64,000 bases of DNA from the human T2T-CHM13v2.0 reference genome, Homo sapiens. Both the position numbers and the translations under genes were made by a program. The DNA lies in the NCBI RefSeq assembly GCF_009914755.1, contig NC_060945.1; one strand, 5' to 3'. This document shows positions 32,147 to 42,515 of this stretch, piece after piece. Numbering within the stretch: position 1 is the stretch's first letter; each line of letters begins with the position of its first letter. The notes under the pieces were generated by a model, which was not told where the DNA came from, did not search any database, and saw nothing but the letters and a program-made list of their open reading frames with translations.

Positions 32147-32999
32147 TCAACAGTGAAATGACTTTTTATGGAATACAGTTTGAGGGTCATAGATCAAATT
32201 GAATTATATTACAGGGTTCCCTCTATGACACACAATACATGTAATAAATAACTTGGAAACTAGTTCTGATACATAGTTTATAATCTTACTTTTAAAGAAA
32301 AGCAACTTTGTGAACAACAGGGAAGACAATTTCTTGATTTTGGCACTAGCAAAGAAATAGGTTTATGGATTTCAAATACAAATAATAAATGGAATCACTT
32401 GGAGAATGGGAAGATTAATAACATAAAAGTCCACCAAGTTTACATAGAAATCTTCAAATACTGTGGCTGATTTCTTGTGTTTATCTTACCAAACTGTAAA
32501 AATGCTTTCAGAGTATTGCAGAATACTCTACAGTTGAGATAATAAGCTACTCTTATGTTATTTATGCAATATTATTCTTTAATAAACAAAATGTATTGTA
32601 TTTTAATTGTATAACTATTTGAAAATATTTTAACTGTATTTCCTAGGAGTATAGATTTTTAGAGGAAAGCACATTCAAATGGATTTAATAAAATCTAAAA
32701 TATTTAGTTGATGAACTGACATTTTTATTAATTAAAGGGTAATTTAATAGTCATCTACTCCAATTTTTTTCTAAAGGAGGCTCTCTCAAAACTTGTATCT
32801 AAAATATGGAGAAAAACATTTGTTTTACTCACAACCTGACAAGGTACTTAATTTTTATTTACAAGTGCTCTATTTTAAGTCCTTCATTTGATTTTTAATC
32901 ATAAAAATAATTAATGTATTCACTCAAGAGAAACTTGGGGTGCAGAGTCTGTGAAACTTTGCGTATTTCAGGAAAAGATACATAGATGGGTTAAGCAAC

Positions 33000-33440
33000 T
33001 GCTGCAATTTGAATGTCTCCTTCAAAATTCATGCTGAAACCTAATCCCCATTGTGTGACTATTGAGAGGTGGGAATCTAAAAGTGATTGGATCATAAGAG
33101 CTCTGAGCTCATGAATAAATTAATCCATTAATAGATTAATGGATTAATGGGTTAATGGATTAATTGGTTACCATGAGAGTGGAAATGGGGGCTTTATAAG
33201 AAGAGGAAGAGATATCCGAGCTAGCATATTACCATGCTCAGCCCCTTTCCCCTTTACCACGTGATGCCTTGCTGTTTCAGGACTGTAGTCTCACCACCAG
33301 CAAGAAGGCCCCTCACCAGATGATACTTCTGTTACCTTGTACTTCTCAGCCTCCAAAACTGTAAGACATACATTTATTTTCTTTAGATATTACCTAGTTT
33401 AAGGTATTCTGTTATAAGCAACAGAATTTTGACTAATACA
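33000..33440 (+). mobile_element. MST-type (MSTB2/MSTC-like) solo LTR
   Basis: TG..CA ends, GGATTAAT repeats, perfect 5-bp TSD GCAAC (32995-32999 / 33441-33445). Confidence 0.9.
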
Positions 33441-33747
33441 GCAACCCACTACATTTAAAGGGGATGGGAAGACCAAATTAAATTTTCATTTCAGTACATT
33501 GTATAGATGGTAGAGTTATAAAAGTGTAATGTGCAAATATCTTAATATTTTAAGATAAATTAAAAATTATAATTATGTAGGCTGAAATTATTAAATGATT
33601 TCTATATACATAAGTTCTATGTTAAGTACTTTGTGTCAGAGTTCTGGGCCTGAAACTTTACACACTGTTATACATATTGTCAGTTAGACAGGGACCTACT
33701 CAAAAGGCATTTTTTAATCACTTGCAAGAATCAGTAGAAAACAAATG

Positions 33748-34153
33748 CAGGTGAATTTGGAACAATGCAGGGGTTAGGGGTATTGGCCCCCTGCACAGTT
33801 AAAGCCAGTATATGTTTTGACTCTCTAAACAACATTACTAATAGCTTACTGTTGACCAATAACATAAACAACGCGTATTTTTGTATTCTATTTATTCTAT
33901 GCTGTATCCTTGATGTAAGCCAGAGAAAAGAAAATATTATTAAGAAAATCATAAGGAAGGGAAAATATGTTTGCTCTTAAGTGAAAGTGGATCACCATAA
34001 AGGTCTCTATCTCTGTAATCTTCACAAGTTGCAGGCTAAATAGGAGGAGAAGTGGCTAGTCTTGCTGTCTGTTTCAGAGGTGGCAGAGGTGGGAGAAAAT
34101 CTGTGTATAAGTGGACTCATAGAGTTCAAACCCATGTTTTCAAGAGGCAACTT
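33748..34153. mobile_element. Tigger2a-like TcMar DNA transposon
   Basis: GAACAATGCAGGGGTTAGGGG..CTAATAGCTTACTGTTGACC..AAGTGGACTCATAGAGTTCAAACCCATGTTTTCAAGAGGCAACT (degenerate TIRs). Confidence 0.85.
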
Positions 34154-34409
34154 TATTTTAAAATGAAGGAATTTTAAAAGAAAACTAAATATCAGAAAGA
34201 GTATTGTATCGTTATTTCCAGATCAAGCATTTTTGGTAAATTGATTCAATCATTCTAATATTACCTAGATGAAATCTGTCAGCACAATGTTGACGAAAAT
34301 TAAATGGCATTTCCGACCTCATAATTTATTGTTAGGGACATAATATATCTCTAAAAAGTAATGACATAATATACTTTTGACATTATAACTTTAAAAAATA
34401 TAATGTTTA

Positions 34410-35020
<611 letters not shown>

Positions 35021-35611
35021 TCTCGGTACTTAACAGACCACAATGATGTATTGTATCTCTTGCTGAAGAGAATTTACTATCAGAGAATGCTTTAATCAAA
35101 GCATGGAGATTGTGATGGTTGTTGATGAACACTTATTTGAATGATAAATTTAAATATTTAATAACACTCTCGTACCATGTAGTTTATATTATCAAAGATA
35201 TACTGAATTAGAGGTGACTCCGCTTTGTTTTTTACAAAATCCCAGATGGAAGAACGGTCATTTATGAATGAAAGAAGTCAGATGAAATATAACTTATATT
35301 TGTAAAAATATACTCACACAGGCAATGGATAAGTCATGCATATTTGTTTTCTCAAAAGACGCCTGCATTGAGTGGTAGTGAACAAAAGGGTTGATTCTGA
35401 ATTTGAAGTGGTTAACCACAAAACTCTCCTCTAATATTTTAAATTAAAATTATTATAACCTGTTAGTATTTTTATCTATTAATAATTCAAAATAATAACC
35501 TTATACTACATTTTATTCTCTCTTTTACTGCAATGCCAGTTGAGTTATTGATGTGGTGGTTGTTTGATTTTCCATCAGACTGGAGGCTATTTTGTAAAGA
35601 AAATCATGTTG

Positions 35612-35901
35612 CAGTCAGATAGCCAAGGATAAACTCTCAACTCAGTCAGTTTCCAATTCCATCACTTTGGTAAATTGGTTATATTCTAAAGTATTACTGC
35701 TCAAGGTGTGGTTCCTGACCTAGAAGTATCAATATTACTGGGAAATTGTTGAAAATGTTAACTCTTGGATCTTTAACTTTGGGGTTGAAGTCCCAAACTC
35801 TGTTACATCAAGTGACTTCCACACATAGTATTTGAGAATCACTGCTCTGAATTTTAGTATCTTCAAATGTGAAGTTGATTTAATAATACTTCCTATTTCA
35901 A
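35612..35901 (+). mobile_element. MIR 5' part, interrupted by MER5A and then by L1PB
   Basis: AGTCAGATAGCCAAGG..CTTTGGTAAATT | CTCTGAATTTTAGTATCTTCAAATGTGAAG..AATAATACTTCCTATTTCA. Confidence 0.6.
35690..35844. mobile_element. MER5A-like hAT element
   Basis: CTCAAGGTGTGGTTCC..ACTGGGAAATTGTTGAAAATG..TTTGAGAATCACTG. Confidence 0.7.
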
Positions 35902-37474
35902 ACATGGCATATTGGAGGCAGTGTTAGCATGCCTCTCCCACTAGGAAAGACAAAAGATATGTAGATATTCACACTGTGAACTTTTTTCCAATGAGCAATG
36001 CAGGAACTTAACAGGAAAACTGAAATCCACAGGTTTTTTGAAAGAAGTGGCAGGCCATAGCCTACACCATGAGCCAGGCGAAAAACTGTTAAGTCCTCAG
36101 AGTGTGAGAGGGAGAGAGACTGTCTCTAGGATATGTTCCCCCATTGGGGAACCTGGCAGTCTAGCTTATGAGGAAAGGCCTTAACCTACCTAGCACTGGA
36201 ACTGATTTAGGTGGCAGTGAGGAAGATAAAAGTAGGAATAGCAGTGGGAGGAGACTTGTGTTAATTTCCAGTCTCCAGCACAGACGAAGGGAAATCGTTC
36301 CTTATTCTGCCTCACAGGGGACCTCATGAAGTCTGCCAACCCAAATGAATTTTGCGATATAACCTCAAGTGGGGAAGAACTCCCTTAGCCAGAGCCGGGG
36401 CAGGCAGGGTTGTAGGGTGCAGGCAAGTGGGAAGTGTGTTACAGCCATAAGTGCAGGAGCTGGGCACCCAGGCTGTGTGGGAGAACTGGAAGGGATGTGG
36501 CCAGAAGGCTGTAGTTCTTGTATTCATAGGAAGGTAGATGGTCCGGAGCAGTTTTGAGTTCTGAGCTTAGATGACCTGGAATGTAGCTCACTCCTGCTAC
36601 CAGAAAACTATGGGTGTGAGATCTGTCCTTCCCAGCGCATAGGAGCTGGGTGGGGTTTGCTGCAGCATGTTACTCCCCACTCTCTGTATGAACTATTCTT
36701 TGCAGCAGAGGCAGTTACACTCCTCTCTGTAACATTACCCCAGTTGGCAGAAAACTACCCTCCCACCCAACAGCAACAGGGGCCTTGGTTTGCTCCACAT
36801 GCAGAGATTCAGAGAATAGACCTGCTTGACCCATCCCCCAGCTGGCTTTGCTCCTATACTGGCCATGGTAGCTTAAGGCAAGCACAAATTCCAAAGCTAC
36901 TCTGACAGCTGATGCACTTTTCCAAGCACCACCTCCTGACTGGAAGCCAACCGACACAGTCCATTATAGCATCAACAGATAGAATAACACTGTACCCAGG
37001 AAGGGGAAAACTTGTGCATGACCTCAGCTATCACCATTGCCTGCAGCAACCTGGCTAACCAGGAGGTTCTGAGTCTGTCCAGGTGACCTGTTCATTACTT
37101 GCAGGTGTTCTCCATCAACAGCCCGGAATGTGGCAGCCACACTGTGTAGGTAATCCCAGAGGAACACAGCATATACAGTAGCCTGGCTTTCAGGGACTCC
37201 TACTTCTAGAAGAACAAGGAGCGTACCACATTAAGGGGACACCTCATGGGACAAAAGAACTCAAACAGCAGGCTTGAGGTCCAGATCTCTCTGCTGACAG
37301 GGTTTCTTTCAGCAAAGAAGCCATTGTAATGCTGGGCTCAGCACCGAAAATCTATGGTTCGACTCCAACAGACAGGCAGCTCTGGTGTTTGCAAAGAGTC
37401 TTGGAGAAGGGGACTTCTTTCCCCCCTTGTTTATCACTGCAGACACATCTGGGGCTCTTCTTATGGAAGCTCAG

Positions 37475-37841
37475 TGTATTAGTCTGTTTGCACATGGCTG
37501 TAAAAAACTATCTGAGATTGGGTAGTTTATAAAGAAAAGAGGTTTAATTTACTCACAGTTCCATATACAGGGGAGACCTCAGGAAACTTACAGTTATGGT
37601 GGAAGGTGAAGGAGAAGCAAGGCATGTCTTACAGGGTGGCAAGAGACAGCGAGAGTGAGGGGAGAATGGGAAAACACTTTTAAACCATCAGATCTCATGA
37701 AAACTCATTCACTATCATAAGAACAGCATGAGAGAAACCACCCCCATGCTCCAATCACCTCTCACCAGGTACCTCCCTCAATACATGGGAATTATAATTC
37801 TAGATGAGATTTGGGTGAGGATACAGAGTCAAACCATATCA
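37475..37841 (-). mobile_element. THE1D-like LTR (3' LTR of the provirus)
   Basis: TGTATTAGTCTGTT...AAAGAAAAGAGGTTTAAT...GATGAGATTTGGGTG...AAACCATATCA, adjacent to the polypurine tract (TTCCACCCCGGCCC on the + strand). Confidence 0.9.
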
Positions 37842-39600
37842 TTCCACCCCGGCCCATCAAAAATCTCATGTCATTCTCACATTTCAAAACACAATCATGC
37901 CTTCCCAAGAGTCCCCTGAAGTCTTAATGCACTCCAGCATTAACTCAAAAGCCCAAGTCCAAAATCTCATCTGCAACAAGGCAAGAGTCTATCATCTATG
38001 AACACGTAAAATCAAAAGCAAGTTAGTTACTTCCAAGATAACAACGTGGGTACAGGCATTAGGTAAATGCTCCCATTCCAAATGGGAAAAATTGGCCAAA
38101 ACAAAGGGGCTACAGGCCTTATGCAAGTCTGAAACTCAGTGGGAGAGTCACTAAATCTTAAAGCTCCAAAATAATTTCCTTCGACTCCATGTCTCACATC
38201 CAGGGCACACTGATGCAAGACGTGGGCTCCCAAGGCCTTGGGCAGCCCTGCCCTTGTGGCTCTGTAGTGTACAGCCCCTGCAGCTGCTTTCATAGCCTGG
38301 TGTTAAGTGTTTGCTGCTTTTCCAGGTGCACAGTGCAAGCTATTGATGAATCTATCATTCTGGAGTCTGGAAGAAGGTGACTTTCTTCTCATGGTTCTAC
38401 TAGGCAGTACCCCAGTGGGGACTCTGTGTGGGGGTGCCAACCCCACATTTCCCCTCCGCATTGTCCTAGTAGAGGTTCTCTACCAGGGCTCCACTCCTGC
38501 AGCAGACTTCTGCCTGGACATCCAGGTGTTTCCATACATCTTCTCAAACTTAGGTGGAGGTTCCCAAACTACAATTCTTGCCTTCTGCACACCCACAGGC
38601 TCCACATCACATGGAAGCTGCCAAGGCCTTGCACCCTCTGAAGCAGCGGCTCAAGCTGTACTTTGGTTTCTTTTAGCCAGTCTCTGCTCTGGCTCCCTTT
38701 TAAACATAAATTCCATTTCAGACCATTTCTTTGTGAATGCATATGACTATACACTTTCAGGAGAAGCCAGGTCACACCTTGAATGCTTTGCTGCTTAAAA
38801 TTCTTTTTTTTTTGACAGATACTCTAATTATCTCTTTCAAATTCATAGTTCCACAGATCTCTGGGGCAGGAACTTCATAGTTCCGCAGATCTCTGTGCCC
38901 CAGCCCATGAAACAATTTTTCCCACCTAGGCCTCTGGGCCTGTGATGGGAGGGGATGGCAAGAAGATCTCTGAAATGCCCTGGAGACATTTACCCCATTG
39001 TCTTGGCTCTTAACATTTGGCTATTCTTTATTTATGCAAATATCTACAGCCAGAGACTTTAATTTCTTCCCAGAAAGTGGGTTTTTCTTTTCTACCACAT
39101 GGTCGGGATGCAAATTTTCCAAACTTTTGTACTCTGCCTCCCTTGTAAACATAAGTTCCATTTCAGACAATCTCTTTGTGAATACATATGACTATGTGCT
39201 TTCAGAAGAAGCCAGGTCACATCTTGCATGCTTTGCTGCTTAGAAATTTTTTTGACAGTTACGCTAATTTTCTCTTTCAAGTTCATAGTTCCACAGATCT
39301 CTGGGGCAGGGACAAAATGCCACTAGTCTCTTTGCTAAGGCATAGCAAGAGTCACCTTTGCTTTAGTTCCCAATAAGTTCTTCATCTCCATCTGAGACCA
39401 CTTCAGCATGGACTGAATGCTAATATCACTATCAGCATTTTGGTCACAGCCATTAAACAAGTCTCTAAAGAGCTCCAAACTTCCCTACATCTTCTTGCCT
39501 TTTTCTGAGCCCTCCAAACTGTTCCAATCTCTGCTTCCAAAGCCACTTCCACATTTCAGGCATCTTATAGCAGTGCCCCAAACTTCTGGTACCAATTTTC
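37842..39600 (-). mobile_element. THE1D/MSTA-type MaLR internal region
   Basis: typical THE1-int sequence; element-sense 5' end GAAAATTGGTACCAG (PBS region) at 39600. Confidence 0.9.
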
Positions 39601-39824
39601 TGCTTCTCTTTGAAGGTCACTGCAGCCATCAGCTTCACAGAATTTACTTTTCTTCACATCGCTGTTTTTTTTTTTTTTTTTTAAACACTGCAGCCCCTCC
39701 CTGCCTGGCCTGTGCTTCCCACCAACGATGACCTTTCTGCAACTTCAGTGCCAGTGGAATCCCAGATCTGCGGCTGCTTCTGAGCACTGCTGACTGCTTC
39801 TAGGTCCCAAAACCACCAATCAGA
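39594..39824 (-). pseudogene. HPF1: 5' fragment of HPF1 (C4orf27) mRNA, probable 5' UTR plus codons ~1-43, occupying the THE1 5' LTR position
   Basis: minus strand from 39735 translates [47 protein letters not shown] versus remembered human HPF1 [43 protein letters not shown] (11/17 and 17/22 identities); ATG has become AAG; substitutions R>H, G>R, P>L, R>Q fit CpG decay. Confidence 0.88.
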
Positions 39825-39841
39825 AGAGCCAAACCATGTCA
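39825..39841 (-). mobile_element. 17-bp terminal remnant of the THE1 5' LTR
   Basis: AGAGCCAAACCATGTCA matches the other LTR end AGAGTCAAACCATATCA (37825-37841); followed by CTCAT, matching left TSD CTCAG (37470-37474). Confidence 0.8.
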
Positions 39842-40969
39842 CTCATCAAAGGTAGACCCATAGACAGCCCTTCTGGAACTGCAGGGTGACTGCATTCCCA
39901 CAGAAGGAGCACCCTCCAGGTCCAGGCCTGCATGGGAAATAGAGTCACAATTCCTCTCTATTTAGACATTCCTGAAGATGAAAAGAGGTGCTTGTCTAAT
40001 CTGAATAGCTGGAACACTCGTTCAAGAGTGTGTTTGGGAAGTGAGTAACTTTCCTGGGAGCTGAGTTGGCTCCAATCCTTCTATCTGATAAGATCTCAGT
40101 GTGTTTCACTGAGAGCTCCCCCAGCCACCTATGTCAAGGCTGGGACCTCTGCCCACCATTGGGTACTGCATTATGCACCTGCTTTAGCCACAGCAGGTTT
40201 TTACCAGGGGCACCTCCTCTTTGGGCCTGAAGCCTGAGGTATTCAACCAAGTAAATAAAATACTAGGAGAAAATAAAGAAAGAAAGAAATACACAGACTA
40301 CAGAGGAATAAGATAAGCTTCAAGAGACTTCTGCCATTCCAACCCTAGAGGAGAAAGTGAACTTGTTCACACACTGAGCACACTGCTGCTACAACCAGAG
40401 CCAAGAAAGCCATCAGACAAAGACTCTCTATAACTGAGGAAATCATACAAACTCTTCACTCCTGAAAGCACCAAGACCTGAATTAGTCTAGAAGAAACAA
40501 TAAACATCCTTCAGGAAGAAAAAAGAAATTGAAGAAACAGTCAAATAAAAAATAAATTCAAGTATAATTAGAAGAAATAATCTAACCAAATAAGAGAAAT
40601 CAGAAAGATATTTCTGGTGCTATGACAAAATAAGGTGCTATAACTGCCCAAAATATCACACTAGCCGCCCCCCCCCCCCCAGCAATGGATCCAAACCCAG
40701 ACAAACCTTTTGAAACACCAAATTTTAAAAATTCAAAAATTTGATTATTAAGCTATTCCAGAAGGTGTCAGAGAAAGGTGAAAACCAACATAAAGAAATT
40801 TTAAAAAATTTTAGGATACAAATAAAAACTTTTCTAAAGAGATAGATATCTTAAAGAAATGCAAATCAGAATTTCTGGAAATGAAAGGTACACTTAGAGA
40901 ATTACAAAATGGAGGGGAAAGTTTCAACAATGGACTACAAAGGGAAGAAGAAAAAATTTCATAGCTCAC

Positions 40970-41342
40970 TGATATGGTTTGGCTGTGTCCACATCCAAAT
41001 CTCATCTTGAATTGTAGTTTCTGTAATCCCCACAAGTATGGCAAGGACCAGTGGGAAAAAACTAAATCATGGGGGCTGTTACCCTTATGCTGTTCTCGTG
41101 ATACTGAGTGAGTTTTCACAAGACGTGATGGTTTTATAAGGGGCTATTTCTCCTTTGCTTGGCATTTCTCCTTCCTGCTGCCCTGTGAAGAAGTTGCCTT
41201 TCTTCCCCTTCACCTTCCACCATGATTGTTAATTTCTTGAGGCCTTCCCAGCCATGCAAAACTGTAAGCCAATTAGATCTCTTTCCTTTATAAATTACCC
41301 AGTCTTGGGAAGTTCACAGAAGCATAAGAACAGACTAATACA
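40970..41342 (+). mobile_element. THE1C/D solo LTR inside L1PB ORF1
   Basis: TGATATGGTTTGGCTGTGTCC...CAGACTAATACA; TSD CTCAC / CTCAG. Confidence 0.93.
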
Positions 41343-41536
41343 CTCAGAGACAAGGGTTTTGAATTAACCCAATCAGAAAAAAAGAAAGAAAGATGAATAC
41401 AAAGAAATGAGCAAATTCAAAATACCGATGAAACAAAAAGTTGGTTGAGAGAATAAAAAAATTATACGTTATTAGCTAGATTAACCAAGAAGAGAAGAGA
41501 GAAGATTCAAATAAGCTCAATTAGAAATGAAACTGG

Positions 41537-41658
41537 AAGCACATGGTTTCTAAAGTCACCTGCTTGACCCTCTTCCAAGTTGTACTTTCCTTCTTTTCTC
41601 TCTTTTCCTTATTATTCTAAAGCTTTTTAATAAACTTGCACTCTGGCTCTGAAAAAAA
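41537..41658 (+). mobile_element. polyadenylated ERV1 LTR fragment (MER50/MER41-like U3-R end) inserted by TPRT
   Basis: GTCACCTGCTTGACCCTCTTCCAAGTTGTACTTTCC..CTAAAGCTTTTTAATAAACTT; A8 begins 17 nt after AATAAA; 14-bp TSD AGAAATGAAACTGG / AGTAATGAAACTGG. Confidence 0.8.
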
Positions 41659-42515
41659 AGTAATGAAACTGGGGACATTACAACTGACCCTACAGAAGTA
41701 CAAAATAACATTTGAGATTATTATAAACACCTGTATGCATGCAAACTAGAAAACCTTGAGGACAACCTAGATTAGGAGGGTTATAAGTTTCCAGGAATTT
41801 ATCCATTTATTCTAGGTTTTCTATTTGTGTGCATTAAACCAGGAAGAAATAGAAATCCTGAACAGACCAAAGGTAAGCAGCAAGGTTGAATCAGTAATAA
41901 GGAAAAATTGTCAACAACAAAAATGCCCAAGGCCAGGTGGCATCACGGATCATTTCTACCAGGCATTCAAAGAAGATTTGATACCAACCCTAGTGAAATT
42001 ATTCCAAAAGGTAGACAAAGAGGGAATCCTCTTTAAATCTTTCTATTAAGCCAGTATCACCCTGACACCAAAACTAGGAAAGGACCTAACCAAAAAGGAA
42101 AACTATAGACTAATATTCCTGATGAACATAGATGCAAAATCCTCAACAAAGTACTAACTTACCAAATCCAATAACACATCAAGAAGATATATACAATGAT
42201 CAAGTGGGTTTCATCTCAGGGATACAGGGATAGTTTAATATATGCAAGTCAATCAATGTGATATATTATATAAACAGAATGAAAAACAGAAACCGTATGA
42301 TCATCTCAATAGATGCAGAAAAAACATTTGATAAGATCCAGGATCGCTTTAAGATAAAAATGCTCAACAAACTGGGCCTAGAAGGGACTTACCTCAAATT
42401 ATTGAAAGACATATATGACAAACCCACAGCCAACATTATTACTGGATAGATAAAAGTTGAAAGCATTCTCCCTGAGAACTGGAAGAAGACAGGGATGCCC
42501 ACTTTCACCACTTCT

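Noticed and set aside
39665-39682. T18 tract as the poly(A) tail of an L1-made retrocopy
   Set aside because: HPF1-like sequence continues on both sides, so it is an expanded internal A-run, and there is no TSD around it
37728-39731. Cluster of 60-163 aa ORFs on both strands
   Set aside because: Chance frames in GC-richer THE1 sequence; the + strand ORF 39417..39731 is antisense to the real HPF1 homology
40667-40680. C14 homopolymer (possible G-quadruplex)
   Set aside because: Simple slippage expansion of a short C-run in L1 ORF1; no evidence of function
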